Shown: positions 1 through 14,473, counted from the first letter of the whole stretch. The stretch: 63,728 nucleotides of DNA, filler included, from Rhabdomonas costata (GCA_019059605.1; 32 parts of 32 records of this genome joined end to end with filler, not necessarily neighbours in it); one strand, 5' to 3'. The notes: generated from the letters alone by a model not told the origin. Program-made: numbers and translations.

Positions 1-2
1 TT

Positions 3-707
3 GTGGTGCAGAAGGTGGCGTGCAAGGCGCTTGGGGTACCGGTTCTGATCACGGAGTCCGTCGCGAAGCAGGTGCCTCTCTCTCTCTCTCTTGAGCTGCC
101 ACTCGGGTTTCGTCTTCTTTTGTTTTTCTTTAGACCCCTGATTCGTTTTGATACACTGTTTAACAGGTCGACTGTCAGATTCAATGCCTCCCCGCGGCGG
201 TGCTGCGGTACGCCTCCACAGTGGTGCTTCCGGTCTACCACCCGACCCGAGAGTTCCCCAACCCTGTGAAAGACCAGGTGCTAATTTCTACTTGTCTGCA
301 TTTCAATTGCTGGTTTGGCCCTTATCGCAGCGTGGGGTCCGGCACGTATCCGTACCTCTTCTGTTCCGCTTCCCTTTGATTAGGAGTGGATGTACAGCCT
401 CGCTGGGCGGCAGACCAGTGAGCTACACGGCGAGCTCAGCCCTAGCCATACACTGGCCAACTCAAGTTCCGGCAGTGCAGTGTGTGAGTCAGCCTCCCCG
501 CTGGAGACCCTCTCTCAGCTCTTCAGTGTGTACGTGCGGCAGCTGCGGGCAGGCGCCCCATTTGCTTCTGAGGAGATGCCGACGGAGGCGGTAGTGGCGG
601 AGCCTGCAACCAGTCCTGAGGCTGGAAATGTGGCTCAAGCACTTTCGGATTTGGCACGTGTGGTGCAGATGTACCCGAATGGCCTTGAACTTGCATACAA
701 GCCATGA
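3..707 (+). CDS. Class III adenylate/guanylate cyclase, C-terminal exons (<3-71, 167-277, 384-707)
   Basis: GT-AG splicing gives ...ACKALGVPVLITESVAKQ|VDCQIQCLPAAVLRYASTVVLPVYHP...KDQ|EWMYSL...YKP*. This resembles the cyclase C-terminal K..G..ILISE segment followed by the EWMY tail I recall from discoban cyclases. Confidence 0.6.
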
Positions 708-1895
708 ATGATTAATTGTGTTATTGGATTAATTGGGAGACACGCTGTGTATATGAAGGTGTGTGAGTTGGGGTGGGGGAGGGGGCGTCTCTAACCCGCC
801 TCTGACCACATTTGCACCCCACCCCCCCTCCCTCGGAAGATTTGCGTCTGGCATGTCATATGTTGGATTGGTGTGTCTGAAGAAAAGATGGTCCGTGTTG
901 ATGCGCGTAAAAGTGAGCGATGGATTTTTTGGCTGCCTTGCTTTTTATCACTCACAGCATGCAAGCTAAAAACGAAATGCGCTGAGAATATGATCGTGTC
1001 GTGTCAGTGTCTGTGTCCGTGTCGGTTTGGTTTGGTTGCCCGGAGCGGTCGTTGCACTGCATCCCCTGGCACCGCCTGCTCCTGGGCCCCTTTATACTTT
1101 GTTGGTTTCATGGCTTCTGGTGCCTTTGAAATGGAGCGATGAGTGGGTCCTTTTGGTAGGTTGCGCATGGAATCACGCCTGAAGGTGAAAAAATCTTCCT
1201 GCAGTAATAGGTGCTGGGTATACCTGCACTACAACCATCCACACCACCACCAGCAAATCACAGCGGACGTGCTCTGCATTGTCGATTAATTCTCGTACAC
1301 AAAATGGTTTGCCGTTAGGCAAGGAACTACTTTTTCATTCTTCTTCGGAGCCAATGGGAATGCCGTAAATGACTGACGTCATAGGCGCTTTTTAGTTTAA
1401 GATGTTTACCATCGTTCCTCGTTTGTGTTACCCACTTGTGCGCTGGTAAAAGTTGTGTGCTAAGTTGGAGAACCCTCTGCACCCCTCTGTTCTGGCCGAG
1501 GTGGCCTTTCAGTTGTACCTCATCCTTTCCTAGCAAAACATGTGCACCAGTCATTGAAGCAGGTCCATGCATGCTGGATGTGTGACTTCATAAGTTGCTG
1601 GGAGTGGTGGCATTGATAATTTTCAAGCGAATTTCTAAGTTTGGTCTTCTGTTCTGTGTATGTGTGGATTTTCGTGTAGCGCGTGCTCGCTTAAGCTTCA
1701 CCTCACCTGTAATCACAATGGAATGGAAGGCTTCTCTTGTACTTTGGCTGTGTCGACGCTTGTTTATATCTCTGTTTGTCAGAGTGTAACCCAAAAACAC
1801 CATCATTCCACTAATACTGCGCCTCTCAGTAAACAATGTGATTTTTTCCGAAGGTCTGTCGATGGTAGAAATGACAAACAAGTAACAACAAAAAC

Positions 1896-1995
1896 NNNNN
1901 NNNNNNNNNNNNNNNNNNNNNNNNNNNNNNNNNNNNNNNTTAATTAATTAANNNNNNNNNNNNNNNNNNNNNNNNNNNNNNNNNNNNNNNNNNNN
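1896..1995. other. Artificial concatenation spacer N44-TTAATTAATTAA-N44 (first of 31; recurs about every 2 kb)
   Basis: An identical 100-nt spacer recurs throughout. TTAATTAATTAA places stop codons in all six frames. The intervening segments are all about 1.89-1.92 kb and unrelated to each other. Confidence 0.98.
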
Positions 1996-2005
1996 ACACA
2001 GACAG

Positions 2006-2145
2006 AAGTGACGTGACGTGAAGTGAAGTGAAGTGAAGTGAAGTGAAGTGAAGTGAAGTGAAGTGAAGTGAAGTGAAGTGAAGTGAAGTGAAGTGAAGTG
2101 AAGTGAAGTGAAGTGAAGTGAAGTGAAGTGAAGTGAAGTGAAGTG
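2006..2145. repeat. (AAGTG)n pentanucleotide microsatellite
   Basis: 25 perfect AAGTG units at 2021-2145, preceded by AAGTG ACGTG ACGTG. Confidence 0.97.
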
Positions 2146-2500
2146 AATCAATTCTGAGGTTCCCCCCGCCCGGCTCACTACTTTCGATGGGGCATGGCCC
2201 CATGGGACCTCTCACCCTTGACGGTTCACGGTGCCTTGTCCTCTCCCCTTGTCACGTCACACAAGGTTGGCTTTCCCATGTGACCCCCGATTCACAGTGC
2301 ACGCGGGGCCTTTGGAACCCCCCTCTCATGCACAAACACACATACACAAGTCCTTTCCGCGGGGAAAGACCACACAAAATCACGACAAATGGACAAATTT
2401 CTTCACAACCTGGTGCACAACCTGCAAGCAGCAAGAACATATAAAAGTGACACAAAGTGAGAGAGCATGAGAGCCACGGGAAACAGACCCGAAATAGCAC

Positions 2501-3885
2501 CCCTTGGCCTGGGCCGTGCTGCCCAGGGAGCTCAGTCGCGGCAGTAACAGAGCTCACAGTGGCGTACAGATGCTCCCCGGGAAGCCCCCGGGTACGGTTA
2601 GCGAACCACCGCGACAGCACCAGGTCCGCATCGTGGATCGCCCCTGCGGGCGGAAAACCGCAAAGCCAAAAAAAACTTTGCGGTTACCACTGATTGATGG
2701 CGACAGTGACAACCACCCACTAATATCCGCTTTCAACCCCCCAAAGAATCAACCCCCCCCCCTTTGTTGCTGTTGTTGCCCCAAGTTCGTTGTATTGTTT
2801 CGGGCGAGAAACTTTTGACTCATCTTCACATTATATAGACAAGCCTCAACTTTTAATGCTGGACCGTTCATACAGAGGATCACCACAGCCTCAGAGCCAT
2901 TTACCGACCCAAACGTTTCAAAAAACCTGTGCTTCACTCCTTGGGGGTTGTTACTTGACAACTTGGGGGTTCGTCTCATCCACTGACCGGGAATGGCAAG
3001 GAATGGGAATGTACCGCGATGCTGCCGGGCTCTGGCACGAGCGGCAAACTTCCGGTGCAACTCCCGGAAGGCCAGGACGGAGGGAACGAGCCGCAGCAGC
3101 CTCTTGTCCGAGGAGGCCACCAGGAAGCCCACCGCAGTCCGGGCGGACGGTGCACGAGACGAGCGGGCGGGGAGGAGCCCTCCCCCAGGCACAGGGTCCA
3201 GGAACAGGGCGTCGGCATCCCGGATGCACAGCACATCCACGCTGACAAAGACAACCTGTTTGGGGAAGTGGCGGCACCTCCCCCCTTCTCCTCTTCCTTC
3301 TGGCGAGAGGCACTCCCGCTGAGGTCAGAGCAGCCATGGCTCGAATTCGCATACACTACATGCGCATTTCCTATGAACAGTACATGCCCAGGTCCAAGGC
3401 ACTATGCAGAACACAGCATGCAGATGGCACAGGTGGGGGTGAGTAAAGAAGACCTCAAAAATCTTGGAAATGGGCGAAAAAGTGGCATTTCCCATTGAAC
3501 TACCCCCTCCCCCATGAAACTGATGCTTAATTACAAAGAAAATTGTGCACCACACACACATTGATGCAAAACCTTTTGCCCAACGACCGTGTTCAACGCA
3601 TCAAGGAAGCCCCTCCCCCGAAGAGCTTTCGTTGCTGTATACGACACGAGCTGAAGCAAATACAGCCCATGAGGTGAGGCCCCCCAAGGAGTTTTCGCGA
3701 GCCATGGAGATGAGAGGGACTAGCCACATGCAGTCGCTACCACGTCGTAGGGCAGCGAAAAGAGGTGCAGCTTCAGGGCGTCACCGTGGAACTCCGCAAG
3801 GAATCCGGTGAGATACGCGCTAAGGTTGAGGACCGCCCAACCCACGCGCTCCAGCCGAGCGCCCTGCTCCTCGTGAATCTCCCCC
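2501..3885 (-). CDS. Glycosyltransferase family 8 (glycogenin-like) fragment; exons ~3885-3741, 3255-3015, 2643-~2501
   Basis: Spliced product: EEQGARLERVGW...LKLHLFSLPYDV|VVFVSVDVLCIRDADALF...|GAIHDADLVLSRWFANRTRGLP. This matches the GT8 pattern KLxxFxLxxYDxVVFLDADxLxxxNxDxLF ... DQxxLNxxF...LP. Intron phases are compatible. Confidence 0.7.
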
Positions 3886-4275
3886 CCCACCNNNNNNNNN
3901 NNNNNNNNNNNNNNNNNNNNNNNNNNNNNNNNNNNTTAATTAATTAANNNNNNNNNNNNNNNNNNNNNNNNNNNNNNNNNNNNNNNNNNNNGGGTTTGGT
4001 TCCACCGAGGCTACGAGTCTATTTGAAGAGTCAGCGCTTCATGGTGCCTGATGCAGGCAACTTTCAAAAACTTCAAAAAGCCGTTGCGAAAAGGAAGGGG
4101 CATTTTCAGCTCTGGCTTGAAAAGCAAAGCAGCAGGTCGAATCTGGTCGCCGCGTTTGCTTGCTTCGCTTTGTTTTTGCGTCTGCTTGCTTCATTCGAAA
4201 ATCCCAGTTGGCTCAAAGCAAAAGACATTTCAAGTTTCTATGGCTTACTGCACTCCTCATGCACTCTGTTCAAAG

Positions 4276-5037
4276 GTATGGAGCAGTTTGGACGGAAAGG
4301 TATGGGCTTTGGCCGTGGCTGACGCTGCCTTTTCCGGGCGATCGATGGCGCGGCTTGTGGTGTTTCAGAGCCAGTTGTTCCTGCTTGGAGGGTTCACTGT
4401 GGACGGAGTCACCGCGGAAGTGTGTTTGAGCCATGTACTTTTTCTTCTGTGTGTGCCTTATATATGGTTTTGTTACAGAACCTCAGTGGACAACCTAGAA
4501 GCCAAAGGAGTTGATTTTAAAGGGCGCGTGAGCAAAGAAAACCGACACGCTGACTTTCAGCTGCGAGCTCTGGTCCAACAGAAGAATGCAGGACGATGTA
4601 GCCCTTTGTTTCCTTGTCTTCGCCCGCTCGTGTGTGTGTGTGTGTGGAAAGTCGAAAGTAATCACGCAATTCAGAAAGTTTTGGTGCAACCTGATGCACT
4701 CAAGATGCACATAGTTCTTCTGGAGAGGAAATGTGTGCTCTGAACAGAAGCTGTCATTTTAAGTCGCTTCGAGAGTGTCGCTGACAACCGTTGATATCCG
4801 GGAGCTGCTGTAGACCAGCTCGGATTGAGGGCTGTGCCACTTGCTGCTGGGCAGCACAAGTGAATCCGCGAACACGGCAGAACTTTCCTTTCCGGCTTAC
4901 AGGTGTGGACCTCCTCCGATGGGGTGAACTGGACCCAAGGTCCCCGGTTGCCTGTGGCCGCGGGCGAGCTTGGGGCGGTGGCGGTGTCCAAGGGCATTGT
5001 TATCGCCGCGGGCACTGGCCTGGAAGGCGAGGACTTG
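4276..5037 (+). CDS. Kelch/Asp-box beta-propeller protein fragment; exons 4276-4419, 4903-~5037
   Basis: VWSSLDGKVW...AAFSGR...VVFQSQLFLLGG...AE|VWTSSDGVNWTQGPRLP shows repeated SxDGxxW Asp-boxes plus the kelch GG motif. GT-AG junctions are in frame. Confidence 0.7.
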
Positions 5038-8000
5038 GTGCCCCTCCAGATCTCCCTTGTCCTGGTCTCAGTCTGAGTGCAATTGGAATTCGCCCGGGAG
5101 CGTTTGTAAAGTCAGCCGACATTGTTTTTGCTCCTTCACCCTCTGTGCCCCTTCCCCCTCCTGACCCCGTGCTCTGCCCATGTGCCCTCCAAACCCGCTT
5201 CGCTTTTGCTCTTTCTCATTCCCTCCCCTTCCTTTGGATTTGTGCTTTGTCAGACTCAAGGGCGCTTTTGCCTCTCGGCTTTGGCACTATTATTCCTACC
5301 CTGAGATAGCACATATTCACTTTCTCCGCCGTTGGCCTTCCCCTTCTATTGTGAGTAAATGGACATGGATAATGTGGTCTTTCCCGTTCTCTTGGTTGTG
5401 TATGTTCTGCTGATGTGTGCACATGTTTCCTTGGTGATGGAGGTTTGTGTGAGCTTCCAAAAGGAGGTTCGAACGAGGACTGTCAGAAGTTGGTAAGCTG
5501 CCATCGAAAGTCGGGTGAATAAGGCCTCCTGGCGACATTCCTCAATGACATCTGGACCCGGACTTCAGGGTTTCCTCCTTAGTTTCACTACTCTGGAGAT
5601 TTGAATTTCTTCCTAATTCTTCAAACTCATTTAGGGGCTGACAAACTATCTGAAGGCCGCGAGAACGCGCCCGAACCGATGTGGTCAGAGTATCGCCCTT
5701 GATGGATCGATCGTGAAAAGCTCCTGGAGTATCTCATGTGCCGCCGTTTCCTTTTTCCCACGCTTATGATATTGCCATGGCAGAACTACAAGTGCATATC
5801 CTCGAGGATGACCACAAAGTGAGGCTTTATCCGGTTAGTGCGTTTTGTAGAAGCCGAAAATGTGCAGATTTCGCCGCCACAAAACACNNNNNNNNNNNNN
5901 NNNNNNNNNNNNNNNNNNNNNNNNNNNNNNNTTAATTAATTAANNNNNNNNNNNNNNNNNNNNNNNNNNNNNNNNNNNNNNNNNNNNGGTTTTTTTGAAA
6001 GGCAGACCTGGGGGATACTGGGGTGCTCGCTCCTTTTGATCAGTCCAAGTACGGTTTATAGGAATAGGAGTGGCTTTCCTGGCATCGCTCGGGATATTCT
6101 TAGTCCCTGGAGAAAGCGGCGTACAATGCTGAAAACGTTCAGAAAAGTGCATAGGAAAACACATAATCAAAACACTCAGTTGACATACTTATCTTTTTCC
6201 GGCGCACATAGTGCCTAGACAGCATAAAAATGAGGTTTTACATTGTGTGAAAGAGGTAGCATACCCAATTAATGAACAAACATGCATCTAATCATGACCA
6301 ATTCCTGACACTACCGGTATAACCGCCTGGGATGAGAAATTGTAAAACTCCCTTCCAGTAAAGGCCAACGGCAGAGCAGTAGAACAGAAGCTTTGGGAAC
6401 TCCTCCGTGATTGCAAAAGGAAACTGGCAAGTGGCTGAGGGCCCTGCAACCGCACGAAAACAACGGATCCAAGCTCGTTACACAACAAAGGCACATCCTT
6501 ACGGCTTTTCAGTGAGACACGCGAAATGACACACGAAGTTCTGAAATCAAATGCAAAAGGGGGGAGTGGGACGGGCACGAGGAAAGGTAAAGGGGGTCGC
6601 AAACACACGTTTTTCAATCCCGCACGCAGACAGTGGAATCAGAGCCGCAAGAACCGCTGCCAAGGCGAAGGTCTGCAAAGCCTCCAGGCCCGCCATCGTT
6701 TTTTTTTCAAGGAAAACAGAATTATCCCCTGAACACGAGCAGGGCAGACAGTCGGGGAAACCCGATGCGAACCCTACAAACCGATTAGACGAAACTCCGT
6801 GAGAAAGAGATGGGGCGAAAGTACAGTGAATCCATCACGCAAAGCGGATACCCCAATGAGCATCGTCAGGCAAAAGTGTAAGATACGATATGAAGCATGA
6901 TGAATTTAGCGAAACAGGTCCCAAAAACTCTGATCTTCATCTGATCTGCACGCTAAGGACATGACGCTAGCCCCCCCCCCCAGTTACTGTTACTATGTAT
7001 TGGTATAAGGCTGGGCTTGTTCTAAGCGTGTTGCGGAGAAGAAACGAATAACACAACCAGCGAAGCTCGTCTATGCTTTACAGGCGATGCGATGCTTTAC
7101 AGGCGATGGCTCAGCAAGCGAGGTGCCCATACATTCCATACATTGTAAAGTCGAAGCAAAAGCTTCTCAGACCATGGCCATTTCTGGATCGTGGCGGAAA
7201 TGGCCATTTTTTTCACAACTTTTGTGCGATTGCATCATTAGATGAAAAATCCATTTGGAAAAGAAGCCGATTCGCGATGTTAGCAACTCAATAGCATAAA
7301 AAACCCCGAATCAATCCATTGGGTCCAAAACGCAGGAATCCATTGGAAACCAGGAGTCGTCGACTTTCCTGTCCAGCCACCCAGTTCTCTTCACGTTTAA
7401 GTGAGAACTCGCCAACGGCAAAGGGGCACAAAACACTCTTTCCGTAAGTGTTAAATGCCTGAACACTTCGCGCCGACCTAAACGCAAACGCAACACTATC
7501 ACCGTAATGCACCAGGAGCATGAAGTAGCTGTGTGTGTATGAGTATGTGCCCATTTATTACCGCTCACGCTCGCAAGGTCGTCCGTAGAGGACCTACCCA
7601 AGGGACTTGCACGCTGCGCGGCCAAAGGCGAAGACAAAGACACCCTGACATAACGAGCAGTTACTTCACACTGCGACTTCTCACTCCTCCAACAGAACGC
7701 CACTGGCAGCGAGGCCGTTTTCACACCATCGAAAAATAAACCCCACCAGCATTACATCAACCCATCAACCAAAGTGGAGCTGCATGTTGACCGCATAGAG
7801 CGCTAGAGCGCCAGAGCGCCAGCTGCAATTGTGTGTGTGTATATGTAGGTGTACGCATAACACAGACCATCAGGGAAAGGGAGNNNNNNNNNNNNNNNNN
7901 NNNNNNNNNNNNNNNNNNNNNNNNNNNTTAATTAATTAANNNNNNNNNNNNNNNNNNNNNNNNNNNNNNNNNNNNNNNNNNNNCTTCTGTGGGCGCCCCC

Positions 8001-9139
8001 CCCCCACCTCCCACCTCTTTTCACCGCCACTGCCCCGTCGTTCTGCGCGCATTCATAGCCTAACTTGAACTTCTTTTCCTCTGTCAAAGGGAAACGTCAC
8101 CAGCCGGGAGTGATGGGCGCATGTCAATCCGAAACGTTCCTTTTCTTCTTTCGGTGTTGCAGAGGGGGTGGGGTGGCTTCTGTCGCGTCCCTTAGCTTTC
8201 CATGAAAAGGCACATGGAGAATTGTATGTTTTGGTTTATGTTTCATGTATGTTTTATGTGCCTGTGGGCAGCGTTTGCCAACACTCGGTTTGTGTGGTTG
8301 TGTTGGTATGTTGGTGGAACGATTGTGGATTCAGTAGGCGAGAGGTGGAATGCTTTGCAACCTGCATAGAGGTGCGCACCGCCGCTTCGTTGAGAGATAT
8401 GAAAAGAGGGCCCCGTTTGCCTGCTGCGTCCCATTCTTTGTCCTTCGCCACGTGTCTTCCTTGTGGGGTGGGATCAGGCAACAGTTTGAGAACCTCTCGA
8501 AGTTTCTCCTGACTTCGAAGTCAGTGCAGTGCGCCCCTACGCAGGGCGCTGGAGAAGCCCCGCAGCGGCAGTCCCGTCGAAGGAGGTTCTTACCTTTTCT
8601 CATCCTTTTTGTCGAAGGCGCACATCGCGGTCCCCTTAGGTGCCAATGGGCCGCCCCCACACTGTGGTTTCAGTTGATAGTGATGTGTCTGCCAGACATT
8701 ACCAGTCTTATGCTGTGTGTGTGTGTGCGTGCGTGCGTGATTTCCCTGGCCATTGCAACACCCTTCTCTCTGCCTGCAGCGAATGAGATCCACCGCAGAG
8801 CCCTCATCATCGGACATTCACCGCACCGCAGTGCCAGTATCCGTAACTTTGCCATCCGGTTTGCGGCTGCTGGTCAATCACTTGCAAGCTTTTTTCATGA
8901 ATATTTGCTCGGTATTTGCTCGAAATCGGCTATTCAATGCTGTGAAGGAAAGCCAAGTTAAGTGGGTTTGGGTTCCTTCCCGTATATGCTTCGCTGCCCT
9001 TGGGCCTGCTGTCAGAAACTCTCTGTGCTGCCTCCGCGATGCCCGGTCCAAGTCGCTCTTCTTGGACTCCTGGGCCCCTCTGATCGACTTCTCCGACGGC
9101 TGCGGGGGCCCCTCATTGCGGACGCAGTGGGTGCTCTCC

Positions 9140-9328
9140 ATGGCAGCTCCGGGCAGCAGCAGCGGTGGCGGCGGCAGTGCTGCGGGGATGGAGGCCGAGC
9201 TGAGGTCGCAGGTGCGGGTTTGCCGGGCACAGGCGGAGGAGCAGCAGAGGCAGAGGCAGGCCCTGCGGGACGAGAACACTGCTCTGGGTGCAGAGAACGC
9301 GAGGCTGGAGGCGCTGCTTCGCGCCAGG
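9140..9328 (+). CDS. Coiled-coil protein exon (hypothetical)
   Basis: GC-rich coding-like stretch MEAELRSQVRVCRAQAEEQQRQRQALRDENTALGAENARLEALLRAR ending at a GT donor. Confidence 0.45.
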
Positions 9329-9978
9329 GTGTGTATGTGTATATGCATAGGGTGCTGACTCAGACCCCCGGAATGGAGCGAGTGGATTTTGGGGGCCTGC
9401 GCCAGCAAAGGCGAAATGTGTGTGTCAGGGGGGGGGGTAGCCTTTGTGGTCGCAATAAGATGACCTGTGCATTCAAGGAAAAATAGAAGCGAGGTGAGGA
9501 GAAGCAGAGTGGACGACCGCGGTTGGAGCTCCCTAGAATCGTGGTTAAATTCGCCAATGAGGTTTTCCTGGAGTAGAACATAATTTGCACACCCGAGAAG
9601 CTGCCACGCAGCGGAAGAATATTCGACAAGTGCCGTTGGAGGTGGCAATGACCTCCACCGCAGCAGTGCCTTGTTGTTGTTGTGATGATAATGATGATGA
9701 AGCCAGCTCAAGAAGTGGACAAGTGTGCTCTATCAGTCGGATGGGCATACGGTCTGTTCTCAATGTTGTTCACACGCCCCCACCGCTCCCTCTTCCACAA
9801 ACTCACTCGCTCGCGCACAGACCCCTGCTCCCACCCTCCGCTCTCCGTTCCACAAAAAAACCCAAACACACCCACCACNNNNNNNNNNNNNNNNNNNNNN
9901 NNNNNNNNNNNNNNNNNNNNNNTTAATTAATTAANNNNNNNNNNNNNNNNNNNNNNNNNNNNNNNNNNNNNNNNNNNN

Positions 9979-11699
<1,721 letters not shown>

Positions 11700-12593
11700 T
11701 AAGCACCTCTCCTGATGGATTTGGATGACGCTGATAACTTCAGATGGCTTCATCTTGAAGCGTGGTTTCGGGAGAATCGACGAAGACGGTGAGAAGCTGA
11801 GATGATGTCATGGTGCCCAGCCCCATGACATCATCTCAGCTTCTCACCGTCTTCGTCGATTCTCCCAAAACCCNNNNNNNNNNNNNNNNNNNNNNNNNNN
11901 NNNNNNNNNNNNNNNNNTTAATTAATTAANNNNNNNNNNNNNNNNNNNNNNNNNNNNNNNNNNNNNNNNNNNNGGGGTTGGGGGGCGTTAGACGGTAAAA
12001 AAAATCTTGTTCCTCAAAAAGTCATTTTCTCAGCACGGGGCTTGGGTTAATTGTGCCCGTACTCAAGATGATGTTATTTCAGCGAAAGGGGGGGCTAGGT
12101 TTACTTTTCTACTGCCCCCTAGTTGCCCATTTAAGTTTCGACTATTTAACGATGTTAAACGTTTAACTGCGTTAAACTTTTAGTGGTGTCAAACGCCCTC
12201 CCCCCCCCAAAAAAAAATACAACAGCCCCCGCAAAATACAACGCCCACATCCTCGCTGAACAGCGGCCATGGCGTGAACTGAGCAAACGCCCGCCAAGGC
12301 TGTAGAATGCAGCGAGTGTGGAGTACAGCGGGAGGCGAATTCCCCCAACCCTCCTGTATAACGTTCTGCACTTCTCCGAGGCGGTGGTAGAGCAGTGGCT
12401 CTGATACCTTCGCGCTGCTGCGTCCTTTTCTTTTGCCTGTTGGCATCACGTTGTCCATTGTCAATGAGCGCCTTCCCCTCCACCCTCACAGCATTTTGCT
12501 TTAATTCTGTCTACTTTGCAATAAAGTGTTTCTTTTTTTGTTACGTTTCGGGTGCAGTTTTTTCTGCGCTCGGTGGCGAGGGCAGGGCACGAA

Positions 12594-13483
12594 ATGCAGC
12601 CCTTCCCTCCCCTGGTGGTAGTGGTGGTGGTAATAGTAGGTATCGCGCGGTTGGGTGTGGGGCCCGCGGAGGGCCTGCCGGGAGGGGGCACCAGCCTGCA
12701 CATCGGCTCTACCTCTGCTGTAGCCATCCTCCCGGAATTCAGCGCACTGATCAATGCCACGCAACTGACTGTAGAGTTCTGGTTTCACTCCTACCTGAAC
12801 GGCTACGAGGGCTACGCTGTGGAATTCGCCACGGAGGACAGCACAGAGCTTTTCCAGATCCAGCTTCTTGAAGGTGCCCACGGAACAGCGCTGCTGTGCG
12901 GTTAAATTGGGATGGTGTGGATCCTCCGAGTCCAATTTTCTCCAGTAGCAATTTACCTAGGAAATGTTGATCGGATGTTTTTAAGGTTTGCCGGAACTGT
13001 TGAGTGGTGACCAAAAGAGGGGCTGCACGAGGTCCCCAATGAACTGCGGTAACGCGACCCGTACGGGCCCGTACGGGCCCGTACCCCCTCCTATTACTGC
13101 GTGGTGTTACTGAGTCATTGATGGCAGGAGCCCGTTTGAGGCTTTTGTGCAAAGCTTTGCTCATAGCGCTTGAAGTAGGACGGCTCCTCGTCGGTGTGCA
13201 CGGTCCGTCTGCCCTGTACTGCGCTGTGTTGTGCAGAAAGTGCTGGCTGGGGTTTCAACGGTAACTACGGCTACGGCTACACCACACTGGTGCCAGGCTG
13301 GCACCACGTCGGCCTTGCCGTGTACCCCACGGAGATCCACTTTGTGCTTGATGGGGTGGTGGTGGTCCAGGCCACACAAAATCCCCCCATGCCTAGCACC
13401 CCGGTGGCGCTGATATTGGGGAAGTACCTCTCTGGGTTCGGCGATAACTCCATCGCTGTGGATGACTCGATCAGCTTCCGCGG
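12594..13483 (+). CDS. Secreted LamG/concanavalin-like domain protein, 5' exons 12594-12900, 13237-~13483
   Basis: A hydrophobic signal peptide (MQPFPPLVVVVVVIVGIA) is followed by the LamG hallmarks LTVEFWF, GWHHVGLAV, HFVLDG and ALILGK. Confidence 0.75.
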
Positions 13484-13972
13484 GTTCTGTTTACCATTCA
13501 TCCTGCTCTTTTAGCGTATTGCGTACCTTCTGTGGTCAGGCGTGTGTTTCCTCTGCTGTGTGTATTGCTTGGAGGGTTGGATCGGGGGCATGACAGCTCA
13601 TACCCTTACTTCTGTTTTATTGGGCACCAGCGTCCGTGTCGCGACTTTCTGCCCTCTCGCCCCCATAACTCCAAAAGGGCTCGATGTTTTTGTCCTAGCT
13701 ACCCAGGCAGTTTATGGAAACATCATCTGCAAGCCGACAACTGGTACTGAGTGCATCCATGTTGTGCGATTCTCGCCCACCTTGACGCCCAGCTCATTCT
13801 TGCGTGGATTGCGTGGATGTTGCCGTCGTGGAACCGCAGACCTTGACTCCAGCTCGTACCCCCACCCCNNNNNNNNNNNNNNNNNNNNNNNNNNNNNNNN
13901 NNNNNNNNNNNNTTAATTAATTAANNNNNNNNNNNNNNNNNNNNNNNNNNNNNNNNNNNNNNNNNNNNGGTT

Positions 13973-14473
13973 TTGGTTGTTGGCTACCACAGGTTCGCTG
14001 CCAATCGCAGTGTGCTGGCCTCGCAGAGCCCATACTTTGATGCCCTCCTGATGGGGACCGTCAGTGATGATGGCCAATCCCCAACCGAGGTCGTCGTCCC
14101 AGACGTTCCACCGGAAGCCTTCGGGGCGGTGCTTCGCTACCTTACTCTGGGTGAGCCGCCCTCTCCTGAGCTCTACCCAGTGGTCGGTGAGCTCGCCGGG
14201 AAGTTTGGGGTACCGCAGTTGGAGGAAGTCTGCCAGAACCTCTCTGGGAGACAGGTCCTGGGGGAAGCCCAGCGATTGTTTAGCTGTGCTGCCGAAGGGG
14301 CGCTGCACCGGGTCTACCGCGAGATTCTTTCCTCAGCACGAAGTGGGGTGCGAAGCGTGGCGGTGAGGCCGGAGGGGCTCCCCTTAGACTCCTTCCGCCA
14401 CCTTGGAGAGAGGCTAAGAGAGGCAGGGTTTCAGGTTTGCTGGGGTTTCGGGCGGCTGCGCGTGTCGTGGTGA
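13973..14473 (+). CDS. BTB/POZ domain protein (5' partial)
   Basis: VVGYHRFAANRSVLASQSPYFDALL...VVVPDVPPEAFGAVLRYL...ELAGKFGVPQLEEVC follows the canonical BTB pattern. Confidence 0.88.
   Translation: MVVGYHRFAANRSVLASQSPYFDALLMGTVSDDGQSPTEVVVPDVPPEAFGAVLRYLTLGEPPSPELYPVVGELAGKFGVPQLEEVCQNLSGRQVLGEAQRLFSCAAEGALHRVYREILSSARSGVRSVAVRPEGLPLDSFRHLGERLREAGFQVCWGFGRLRVSW

Noticed and set aside
1940-1951. Periodic TTAATTAATTAA as a CRISPR-like or biological repeat
   Set aside because: It is always centred in N-runs and is a synthetic six-frame-stop linker.
2006-2145. Telomeric repeat
   Set aside because: The array has unique sequence on both sides, and the motif lacks the G-run typical of telomeres.
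1940-2215. ORFs encoding (HFTSL)n
   Set aside because: These are translations of the AAGTG microsatellite running into Ns.
11770-11866. Hairpins as terminators, MITEs or pre-miRNAs
   Set aside because: They are always contig-terminal, mutually unrelated and show no target-site duplications, which is consistent with amplification fold-backs.
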